This document shows, piece after piece, positions 25,747 to 36,452 of a stretch of DNA of 64,000 bases. The position numbers were made by a program, and so were the translations under genes. The stretch covers positions 1 to 64,000 of the forward strand of contig JASANG010000864.1 in assembly GCA_030248215.1 (NCBI GenBank), read 5' to 3'. The DNA is from Enoplolaimus lenunculus (taxonomy: Eukaryota). Position 1 is the first letter of the stretch. Every line of letters starts with the position of its first letter. The notes under the pieces are model-generated. The model had not been told where the DNA came from. It saw only the letters and a program-made list of their open reading frames with translations, and did no database searches.

Positions 25747-28700
25747 GTGAGTTTTTGAGTAAACACACATTTATAACAATCATAACTGTTGTACTATGCA
25801 CCAACTCTTTGATTTTGCGATTATTGGTGTTCAAGATAAATTGCATTTTTAAACATGATTTTGTTGCGTTGATTCTGTAATTATATAAGGACATGATTAA
25901 TCAATTTCTATTGCAGTGTATTTTCAGTTGTCTATTTTTAGGCTCATTCTGACATGAACAGTCCATATACAGATACGGGTTTTGATCCGTACAACCCAGC
26001 GTACAGTCAGCAAGATATTGCATGTTAGTTTTCAAGTATTTGATATTGAATATGTATAATTCTAAATCGAAAAATTGTTTACTACCATTATGTATATTTA
26101 TCTGATGTACCGGCAAATTTAATTTTGTTGTTGGTTTTTTAGGTGTCGGATTCTAGACTTATTTTACGTGTTCTTCCTTTGTGGATAACATGATTTCAAA
26201 ATTTTTTGCGAAGTTTGATCTGAGCGAAACAAGATACTTATTAGTCTTGTAGGTTCACAGCAAGATTTTCTGCAGTACCGTTGTCAATATGATTTTTTTC
26301 TAGCGATTAATGAGCAATACAATGCATCGCGTGCACATCGTATCCGAGCGGTTTTGTTCCCGGAAACGATGGACGATTTAAGCCCGCAAACAACAGGAAT
26401 TGGCGCCGGCTACGACTTGGGCCAATCATCAAATGTGTCACGCTTGGCAGAACCGTCACAGTTGTTGAAAACAGCAATTGTTAACTTGATCAATTATCAA
26501 GACGATGCTGAACTTGCAACAAAAGCGATTCCCGAGTTGTTAAAGTTGCTCAATGATGAAGATCAGGTACGCTATAATATCGTACGTTCATGGTTTATTT
26601 TGTTCAGGTTTTATTTTCATTTCAATAATCGTACCTGTAACACATTCGGATACAACTGACTGATGCATTTTGATGGTTTTGTACTTTTCTCTATTCGTGA
26701 GCACTGTGCGTCATATGTAATTGATATTACTGCGTGAGAAACCCCGTTTCTGGGATACCATTATAAGGCGAAAATTTCAATATAGTAGCAGTTTTGGAAC
26801 TTAACAGTATTCAGAAACGCTATACTTCAGCTGTAGGTTGTAAAAGTAGGTTGGCATAAGCATGCAATATACATTGAACGGGTTAGATTTCACTTTAACA
26901 GGTAGTTGCTACACGCGCCGCTGCAATGATTCATGAGCTGAGTAAAAAAGATGCATCGCTACATGCGCTGATGAACAACCCGGCATTGTTGACAGCGGTT
27001 ATTCGCAAAATGGAGGCCAGTTCAGATCCAGAAACGTTGCGGCATCTGACTGGAACTCTGGCTAATATGTCATCGAATCCTGGCTGCCGGCTGGCTATAT
27101 TCCGGAGTGGCGGAATTCCAGCTTTAATTCGCATGCTTGGGTAAGTATTAAGACAGCTGTTATTTGTGTAGTTTCCTACCTGTCTGACACGTTCAACTAT
27201 GTGCTTTGTTAGATTGTTACTTTTACTTTGTGTACTGAGATTAGAAATTGTATTTCAACTAAAAGTTCGAGTTTCATATCTACAATTTTGTTTTTAGATC
27301 GCCAGTTGAGAAAGTTGTTTTTTATGCAATAACAACGCTTCATAACTTGCTGACTTACCAAGAAGGTGCTAAACAAGCTGTGCGTGCAGCAAGTAAGTCT
27401 AATTTTGTGTTGTAATATATACGGACGTGACTTGAGGTTAAGGTTTCGTTAATAGTTTCTAAAATATACTTTTCTTTGTAGATCAATGGGTGTGATCGAA
27501 TCGAAATAATATGTGCAGATTGTCTGAATGTTGAAATCTGTCACTCGAGCGCATTTTGAGTTTTGTCACCGTTGTTTGACAGTACCGTTCGAGCTAACCT
27601 ATTTTTTATTAGACAGGAATAGTACAACCGCAGTTACTTTACACTCATTATGTAAAGGCACAAAATTATATCGCTCACAAACTAGATGTTTGTTTTGGCT
27701 GTTTTGATTTTCAGAAGGAATTCCAAAAATGGTTGCGTTGTTAAATCATCATTCTCCAAAATTTCTCGCGCTTGACACCGATTGTCTTTATATGCTTGCT
27801 TCGCATCATCCAGAGAGCCAAGTAAATCGTTTTATTTCTAAAAGTGCTAAGGCAAGCATGTTTGATTTTTGCGGTTCGACAGGCGTAGTTACTTTTAATT
27901 TCGACAAACACAAATGATGACAACTTTACGCGAATTTAGGAATATGTGGTCATCCGACATTGCCAGACTGTCAAATGCATAGCTGTGTGGTTATTTGGAA
28001 GGAAACAAAAGGTTCACATTTTATGATGCTGTTTAGGAACAAATAAACAGTTGCGGTGGCGTACCAGAATTGATACGAATTATGCAAGTTTCAAATTACG
28101 AGAAGCTGCTCTGGACCACGTCTCGCTTACTTCGTGTACTTAGTGTGAGCGCAAATTGCAAAGTATCAGCTGTAAATGCAGGTGAGAGCCAAGGGTTCGT
28201 TTATGACAATTTTAAAATGTCTGCCACAACTTCTTAATCTAAATCGTACATTTTGTGTTTTTATATTTGGTCAGCTTTCATTTAGGACACGATTGCGAAA
28301 ATGAATTTAGTTTTAACATCAGCTGGTTTATTTTTGAAACTACATTTTTGTCTACTAAAAATGTTTATGTTTGTAATAGACATATGTGCACAATGACAGC
28401 AACATTGTATTTTAGGAGGTATGCAAGCACTTGGAACGCATGCTGCTGGCCCAAGTGCGCGTGTACAATTGAATTGTTTGTGGACGTTGCGAAATTTATC
28501 GGATGTCGCAATTCTGGAAGAAAACATGGAACGCTTGATTGAAACGTGTGTTTCACTGTTGTCCGCTCCTGATTTGCGTATTGTATCGTGTTGTGTCGGC
28601 ATCTTGTCTAATTTGACTTGCAATAATCAACGCAATAAGGTATAACACGATTCTTTTTCGTTGTAATACGTATTTTAGAGCATATTATTAGTTCTGCTCT

Positions 28701-31700
28701 GCCAGAGGAAGAATGACCTGATTTTCGTACACGAGTTTGTACTGAATTTAGTCGGGGTTTACTTGTATTAGATGAATGTTTATACGCTATATAGCATTGT
28801 TATTAATTGGCAGTGGCTGGGTTGGGTTTGGGTTTCTTAAATCTTACTTAAGTATATACTTATATTTTACTTAAGTCGAGGACTTAAGTAATCAGTTAAT
28901 TTTGAAGCAAAAACAAATAAAAACTACAAATATTTGCCAGTGTAATAACAAGACAATAGCAGTTTTGCTTTATATTGAAGAGGCATTATGAGTCTACTCG
29001 GTCTACAATTTCAATTAGAGCAAAATTAGTATACCTGAAAGGTTAATTTGTTATGTATCAAATTTAGTCAGCGATTTAAGTAATAACTTAAGTACGCTTT
29101 TAAAAACAACAAAATGGTTAAGAAATTACTAAGCACGTACGTAAGTACTAAGTTGTACTTAAGTAGGGTTTCGGAAACCCAGCCAATGTTACATTGCACG
29201 ATGAGTATTGCTATGCAGCGAATAGTTGTAACGCTGCACGCGATGTTTTACTTTCAGGTTGGCGTGTGCCGAGTAGGTGGAATTCAAGGCCTTCTACACG
29301 CAGTATCAGCATTTCGTGACAGTGAAGAAGTAACTGAACCGGCGATTTGCACCCTGCGACACGTAACGTCTCGGCATCCGGAGGCGGAAACAGCGCAAAA
29401 CGCCGTGCGGTTACATCATGGCCTACCACTTGTGGTTTCGCTGCTGACTACTGGGCATCCATCGTGGTCGTTGGTAAAGGTCAGTATTGCAAGACGATAC
29501 GACAGTGATTTAGTTACATTTAATTTGTTAAATACATAAAGAACTAATGTAATTTTTGTTTTTAACAGAGATTTTGTAGGCAAAACCCGGAACGCTTGCG
29601 CAGAGAAAGTATATTGTGCCCTGTAAAATGCAAACATATCAGGGTTGAATTAAACAAAAACAGTTTTGAATACAAATTCTCGGTTTTCCACCGCCATTTT
29701 AATCAGATGAAAGTTGCGCATCGAAAATTACGCGTTAAACGATTTTTATTAAGCCGAAATCAGATTACTAGCTGTTTTGCTTTTGATTTATGTTTGAATA
29801 ACCATGTTTTCAGGCGGTGCTGGGGTTGTTGCGCAATTTGGCTATTTGTCCTGCGAATATTGATCCTTTACGCGAACTGAATAGTATTCCAACTGTATCG
29901 CAGATTCTGACTCAGTGCTACAGTGACGTCAGACAGGTCAGTGCACGCACAGTTGTTGCTTGTCCTATAAGTCGATTTCGTCGAAGGTCAAGAAAATGAC
30001 ATAAATTTACGGGTCCAAATTTTTGTTAAATGGGTAAGCTTTGATGGTGTCACGTCTCATCGCAAAGGTACGACAAGTAGGTCAAAATTTACCAAGACTT
30101 CATCAAACTTTTGTATTTGGATTAGGGGTGTGTCGATTGATCGGCACCTGCATCGGTAATAACCGGCGCTTTTCGTGAATGCAAAAAAATTGCCGATTCT
30201 TTCATAATACTTTTTGCATAGAACAGTCAATTTGAATGCTATCAGTTTCATTTCTGGGCGCACATCAGTGTATCTGGGTGGGAAAACTTTTATCTCTTGC
30301 GTTTGTGCTTGAAAAAATTATTTGAAATGAACCGTTCTTATGAAATTATAATCGTTTATGATGGTTAGGGATTAAGTCGTCATATAACGATGTAACGTAG
30401 TATCTTATCTGTTTATTAAGCATGGTGTATTAAAGATGGAATGGGCATCGGTACGGCACAGGCATTTGTTCCGCATCGGTTCGCTATCAGCAAAATTTCA
30501 AAATAAGTATCGGTGTCGGCAAAAATTTTATTATCGGCACCTCCCTAATTTGAATATATTAAAATGCTTATTGGAAGCATACGATATAAGTTAAAGGTGC
30601 ACAACACTAGTAAAACGAACGTGACGATCCACAATCGCAGAACTTTCATGTACTATAATAAAAGTCAGTTTGTTTTGCTTGAGATTGGAAATTTATCACA
30701 ATACGTAGGACGACCTCAGAACTTGTACGCAAGAGATTTTTTTGACAGTTTATTTTTTAGAACGGTGAAGGTGGTGAGTACGAGGGTCGTGTGCGTATGG
30801 TAGACGTGGTCGAACATTGCACCGGAGCGGTGAACTGTTTTGCACGTGATCCTACCAATAGAATCATTGTCAAGCAACAACATCTAATTCCCACTTTTGT
30901 TCAGGTTAGTTAAATACAAAGTATTGAAAAATATTTCAAATGTTCTTAAAAGAACCGGATGCATTAAAAAACTTGCTTCGCAAAAATGCAGCCAAGTTAA
31001 CTTCTGATTTGAAGATGTACGTAAAGTACCAATTTCTTAATTCTGTTCTATATTTTCTGCGCATCAAACCAAGAAAGGCATGTTCGAAACTTTACCAAGG
31101 TTTTTCTAATTATAATTTTTATAGCTTCTCTACTACACCGACACAAACGTAAAACGCGTGGCGGCAGGTGTTCTCGCAGAGCTAGCTCAGGAACCAGACG
31201 CTGCAGTAATGATTGAACAAGAAGGCGCCAGTCAGCCGCTTACCGACGCACTTCATACCTCCAAAAACGAAGGCCTTGGTATGTAAAACTTGGAACAGTT
31301 TTTAGTCTAGAAGCTAAATTTAAACTCATTCACAAATTTTACTGCTTTATGAGATCTAATACGCAATTTTCTAGAAACATTGTGTGCATGTATTGTGTCA
31401 TGAATCGTGAATTGTACCCTGCTTATATACCTAAAACAACGTTACTCACATTTTGCATTGCTGAAGAAAAAATTAATTGTCGAAGCAGTATTATTTCCTG
31501 CGCGTGGTTGCAGCATATGATGTCAGTTAAAAAGTTTCAGATTTGCCTGAATAAACAGTATTGTTGATATATTAGACTGATGCTGTTCTGAACTTCGATA
31601 AGTATAAGCAATTATTTTACTATTGTTGTTTATTTACTACTACTACTACGTGTTGCAGTCAGAGACCATATTCTGAAATGAGTATGGTACGTACCCATCG

Positions 31701-34612
31701 TCTGTTAGCATAGGTTTTTAACAAGCGAACTGCTGCAGTTGCTATATAAAATACACCAGAATAAGTCAATAGCTATTTTCAACTGTAAATTGTAATTCCG
31801 GTTGCATCCTGTTTTACGGAACTAATCCAAATTAGTAGTTAATATATTTGATCAAAGCGTAAATATAGCGACAAATTCTCACTACTTAGGATATCTTCAC
31901 TTAGGATGTAACTAATTTCACTGCAGAATGTATAACAAATAATATTTTTTTGTCTTTTTGTGATTCTGTTTACTTCCAACTCTAACCTTTGCAAGTTGCC
32001 GACGTAGACCTTTATGTGTTATTAATGTTTTATGTGACCTTGAGATTGAGGATAGAATACATATGCGAATATAATTGTGCAGTGACCAGTAATGCGAGTT
32101 TATTCTGAAGTATGCAGCGTCTCTTGTTTCTTACAGAAATTTCTGTATGTTTACAGAAACTGTGTACTGTGATTATCTTTGCTGTTTTCATGACGTGTAT
32201 TTGTACTTGTATCTTCTGTGGCTTTGAAATTTTGAATAACAACTTTCCATTCGGCGCTTGGCATTGAATGTGTAGTGTGTTTTGTTTTGAATTGAGTCCC
32301 CTGTTGTACGAAATTATGTTTCTGCGAAGGTGGTAATGCAGCATCGATATATGAGTTTTCTTGTAATGAAATATTATTTAACATGGGGTTAAGACTTTTG
32401 GCTTGAAATGGCTTGGGTGCGTAGAAATTGTTTTCGTGAAGGCAACAACTTATTCATATTTCTACATATGTGTATGGTACTATTTGATTTCCGTTGAGGC
32501 TTGGACAATGGACAGGGACATGTTAGAAGCAGTCATCAAATACGTTTGTTAGGTTTTTATGCTCCACTGCACAGTAACTTAGTTGCAATACTGCACCGCA
32601 GAGAGTATTGTGTATAAAAAATTATTAACAAGTTTACTAGAATGGCTTTTTGTTGTGAATATTCATGATGTTTTAAACAAGAAAAGCCGTTCTGTGCTCC
32701 CTTACTGATCAGAGTACAATGTTCTGTAATACTTAAGTATTATTTCGTATCCCCCAACCGTCTTTTTTTCGTTTTTTACTTTACTCATGCGGCACGAATT
32801 TTCAATTGTTCGTTGTGAGACGGACGTACTACAGAGAAACTACGTTTCGAATTTATAAAGGAAATTGAAGCACACAGTGTACTGAAAGGGAATTTGAGTT
32901 GTGTTACGTGTTGTTGTTGTTTATTCTGATAATAATATATGTTGAGAGGTTTATATATTACGGCGGTGAGCAATTTTATAGGGATATGAACTTTAAACGT
33001 TATTTTAGAATTGAGAGTGGTTAGTATTTACGTATATATATGTGTATGTAATAGTAAGAGTGGATAATCGCTATTTAACAAGAGTGCCCAACTGTGCTCA
33101 TTCTGTGTAATAAATGTACCCGGCACGCGTTGTATTTTTGCCCTAGCCACCCTATTTAGAGGTGGAGTGCAGCCAGTGCCAACCGTGGAACTTTATTTAT
33201 GCGACATCAAACATGCTCCTTTTATAGTTTAATTCATGGGTGGGTATTCATGTGATAGCGACCCCCACCTCTCTAAACAAGGAGGTGTGCCAAAAACGTA
33301 ATGCCCGGTGGTACATTTTGTACCATGCGCTAAACAATAGTTGAGCACTCTTGTCATTATACACTCTTGGAATAGTATAATACCTAATGACTTGTATATA
33401 AATATTTCACTGTGTTTTATGGTTGAATTTAAGGCCGTATGCGCATTCGTTTGGTGCAAACCACATTTTATTTACATTCATTTGTGTTGTTGTTATTGTT
33501 GTTGTTGTTGTTGTTGTTGTTGCTGCTGCTGCTGCTGTCGATCTCGTTGGCCAAATTTCTGAAATTTTCACGCTGACCATTACGACACTTAAATTTTATT
33601 ATTTTCAGTTACCTACGCAGCTGCCGTCCTGTATCGAATGGGACAAGATAAACCGAGTGATTACCGAAAACGTCTTGACAATGAACTTGCAAGAGCATTG
33701 CGGCATGATGTAAGTTACATTGTGCAATCAGTGGCGCTCCCAGAAATTTTTTCGGGGCCGGGCCTTTACGTTTTTGTAAGTCAAATATTGAATTTTTAAT
33801 TTTTCTAATTTTGGCTCTAAAAATCAACTGTATATAGAACAGGTGAGGATGTGGCGGCGCCGCCGTCGGACCACTCATAGGTTCAATATTTTTTATATGT
33901 TTATACTGCTTATGTCATAGTAGAAGCATTGTATAATTATTGCTGTTTTCATTCCGTCGTCAGAATAGTAAATATAGCCCCGTTCGTATGCTAAGTATTG
34001 CCAGTAAACTATACTTAAGTGTTTTGGGAATATTTTAGAGTGGACCTGGTGATATCAATGCGATGGCGAGTGATGATGCAATTCGCGATTACGCATACCA
34101 AAATGGTACGTTATATTAAATATATTTATTGTTTACATAAAGATAATATGTTGCCGAACTCGACAAAACTGTATAATGAGCATAATGCAATTTCTCTGGT
34201 ATTGCATCATGTCTTATTAAACCGCAGTCCTGCGTACGTAACTGGTAGACAACTTGAAATAATGTTAATAAAGATTATAGGCTAAACGTGTCGCTATACT
34301 TGTCGTGCATTGCCATAAAGCAAACCAAATCATTATTTTGATATTGTTGATTTAGCGAGAGAACAGCTTCTTGGTAATTTTCAGTTGCGTGATCGCACAG
34401 AGTGAGTGTAAGTACAATGTTTTCATTTGTTTTGTTTAGGAACAACATATGACCACCCACCGGCGTACGATCGAGTTCATCCGACTGCGCCCGATCCAAC
34501 ACTGCCACGAGTTGCAAATGGAACCGGCCGACCGTCACATGGTTCACCACTGCCTGGCGATCAGGGACAAGGAATTGATGGTCCAATGACTTGGTACGAT
34601 ACAGATGTGTAG
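25708..34612 (+). CDS. ctnnb1: Divergent beta-catenin/armadillo-family protein, complete spliced CDS (15 coding exons, 2178 nt, 725 aa)
   Basis: Hand-spliced join: 25708-25746,25942-26023,26304-26566,26902-27140,27298-27392,27715-27821,28037-28181,28416-28639,29258-29479,29814-29936,30761-30904,31125-31278,33609-33709,34039-34105,34440-34612. All introns are GT-AG with consistent phases. Diagnostic motifs: [95 protein letters not shown]-terminal WYDTDV. Orthology to CTNNB1 versus a paralogue is not resolved. Confidence 0.93.
25942..26023 (+). CDS. ctnnb1: beta-catenin-like exon 2 ([27 protein letters not shown])
   Basis: tttttag acceptor, gttagt donor; YSQQDIA+SINEQY aligns with FTQEQVADIDGQY of vertebrate beta-catenin. 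Confidence 0.8.
26304..26566 (+). CDS. ctnnb1: beta-catenin-like exon 3 (alpha-catenin-binding region, arm repeat 1)
   Basis: [16 protein letters not shown]...[42 protein letters not shown]; canonical splice sites. Confidence 0.95.
26902..27140 (+). CDS. ctnnb1: beta-catenin-like exon 4 (arm repeats)
   Basis: [19 protein letters not shown]...[17 protein letters not shown]; canonical splice sites. Confidence 0.95.
27298..27392 (+). CDS. ctnnb1: beta-catenin-like exon 5
   Basis: [31 protein letters not shown]; gtaagt donor. Confidence 0.95.
27715..27821 (+). CDS. ctnnb1: beta-catenin-like exon 6
   Basis: [35 protein letters not shown]. Confidence 0.93.
28037..28181 (+). CDS. ctnnb1: beta-catenin-like exon 7
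   Basis: [48 protein letters not shown]. Confidence 0.95.
28416..28639 (+). CDS. ctnnb1: beta-catenin-like exon 8
   Basis: GMQALG...[11 protein letters not shown]...[14 protein letters not shown]. Confidence 0.95.
28828..29182. mobile_element. MITE family G in beta-catenin intron 8 (TIR TGGGTTTC..CTTACTTAAGTA)
   Basis: Colinear second copy at 41991-42374. Confidence 0.75.
29258..29479 (+). CDS. ctnnb1: beta-catenin-like exon 9
   Basis: [12 protein letters not shown]...[31 protein letters not shown]...WSLVK. Confidence 0.95.
29814..29936 (+). CDS. ctnnb1: beta-catenin-like exon 10
   Basis: [41 protein letters not shown]. Confidence 0.95.
30123..30547. mobile_element. hAT-type MITE in beta-catenin intron 10
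   Basis: Termini TAGGGGTGTGTCGAT / ATCGGCACCTCCCTA; 8-bp TSD ATTTGGAT vs ATTTGAAT (7/8). Confidence 0.75.
30761..30904 (+). CDS. ctnnb1: beta-catenin-like exon 11
   Basis: [48 protein letters not shown] (cf. [22 protein letters not shown]). Confidence 0.93.
31125..31278 (+). CDS. ctnnb1: beta-catenin-like exon 12
   Basis: [51 protein letters not shown]. Confidence 0.95.
33055..33370. mobile_element. Old MITE in beta-catenin intron 12
   Basis: Imperfect terminal inverted repeats (AAGAGTG../..CACTCTT); diverged copy at ~47415-47665. Confidence 0.55.
33485..33538. repeat. Compound microsatellite (GTT)n(GCT)n
   Basis: Direct reading; intronic, about 70 bp upstream of exon 13. Confidence 0.9.
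33609..33709 (+). CDS. ctnnb1: beta-catenin-like exon 13 (end of arm 12, helix C)
   Basis: [33 protein letters not shown]; gtaagt donor. Confidence 0.93.
34039..34105 (+). CDS. ctnnb1: beta-catenin-like exon 14 (C-terminal tail)
   Basis: ttttag acceptor, gtacgt donor; bridges phase 0 to phase 1 as required; [22 protein letters not shown]. Confidence 0.8.
34440..34612 (+). CDS. ctnnb1: beta-catenin-like last coding exon
   Basis: Pro/Gly-rich tail ending MTWYDTDV*, equivalent to the WFDTDL PDZ-binding end. Confidence 0.93.
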
Positions 34613-36452
34613 CTGTTTTGTTGGGTCCTAAGTTCTAACTTACAACTGACGAAAAATTATTCTTACAATAAAAATGTTTTATTTTAAAGAGAGTTTTGCG
34701 TTAAAACTTATTTTGTAGAATGTTAAGACTTGCGGACTGGCAGTTTTGACCCATCTTGGTACAAAGAAAAAATGGTTTATAATTTTTATGCTAAAAAGTT
34801 ATTTTATGGAAATGTTGAGGCGTAAACAACGTAATGGACATCGCGTAGTCGTAGTACGAACTATTAATTATTTGCATTGCGGTGTTGTTTTTGTTTTTGA
34901 ACCAAATTCTTTTGCAATTTAATATGAAGTTTGATCTGTGCCTTCGAATGTGTTTTCTGACAAAGTTTTGTAACTGGCATTGTACTGTAGCGAAATCTGT
35001 TAATAGATTATAATATTTTTTAATTTTTTACATTCCATTCAGAAGCTAACGAAAATGACTGCTTTTTGTGATCAAATTTAGGGCGCTATTATTTGTGTGT
35101 ACGTAACTGTTTTATACTGTGTAAAATTTTTGTACTGCCACTGACTGGTGTATTATTTTGTTTTTATTAATAACGATTCAAATTTTTAACATCAAGAATG
35201 ATTATATACTTATTACTCAATGTTTATGGTCCGGGTTTAAATTGTACTATATGGCGTAGGCCAATGTACTATTCTATTCATGCCAATTGCTGTGGCCTAG
35301 GTCAGTCTGACCAAATTATTATTATCTGACTGATCTATAAATTAAATTGCAGTTAACCCAAACAACAATTATGTGAAAAAAAAGATTGACCTAGGCCAAG
35401 ATTGGTCTTGGGCATGTTTGTATCATGGTATATTCATTGATTTCTGTTCAGCTATGCCGCTTCACTTATCTTATTTATATACCTATCCATTGTAGTTACA
35501 TTCGTATTTGCTTGCTTAGCGAGTAATCGAATTGATGCTTTTTGTAAATTGGTGTATCAAAAAATTCAATTGGAAACGATGCAGGACTGGTTCGCTGCCA
35601 AATCATACAAAGTTTTTAACTGGTTAAATCAGTGTAATTTTTTGGCAAGAATTACTCTGAGTTGAAGACTTCAAAAATTGTAAGAATGTAGTGTGGAATT
35701 TTGTTCCATCAGGTAGGTGCTTAAAGGACCCGAGGCAGTTATTTGTGTTTCTGGACAACGCTTTGTTTATTTTATTCGAACTATGACGTATTATAATTTG
35801 GTTGTGTTTTCCAAACATTTCAATTTTAATTCAGTTGTTCAAAATTATAAGGTGTTTTTGTATTTTTATCTTCAATTCTGTTATCTGTTTTTACGTTAAC
35901 TTGTTTTGTGCCTTTTAACTAGATGCCGATTTTAAAACCGGATTGTCGTCGAAATTTACAATTTTATGAACGACGAAGTATTTATAAAGTACGAAAAATG
36001 TCGTTACTAAAATTGTCGAAACATTCAGAACAATTGTGCAAGAGAATGGATTTCTATTTTGACCGAAGACATAGCAGACTCTGGTTCTATCTTTGCACCT
36101 ATGGTAAAACAAATCATTATTCTACAAGTAAAACAATGTAACACAGGGCCAATATAGTTAATCTTCGTTTGGCGTTTGTTACCCAAATTCAAGGTGGGTA
36201 AAGGATCACAAATTTTAACTCGGGCTGTGAAAATCTACCTGCGGGTATGCTAACGTCAAAAATTTTATACCCGAACTGTGTATACCCGCAGGTCGCGTGC
36301 AATTCTGGTTAGAAGTATGCAAACAAGCGTATTGCTGTAAGTTAACCTGCTTGTAAAAGTTTTGGCCTTTTGTGTGTGTTTTCGTTTACAAGCGATTTGC
36401 TTATTGTAATCTGTGATTTCTATTTATGGCTTTCCTGTTTTCCGCAATAAAA
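34613..36452 (+). other. Probable long 3' UTR of the beta-catenin-like gene
   Basis: T-rich and largely MITE-free after the stop; AATAAA near 34668 and 36446 (others near 36929 and 36995); true end unknown. Confidence 0.45.

Noticed and set aside
33341..33562. Poly-Cys / poly-Val-Ala ORFs (poly-Gln on the antisense strand)
   Set aside because: Intronic (GTT)n(GCT)n microsatellite.
34385..34407. Microexon just before the last beta-catenin exon
   Set aside because: It would leave a 32-nt intron and break the frame; exons 14 and 15 already join in phase.
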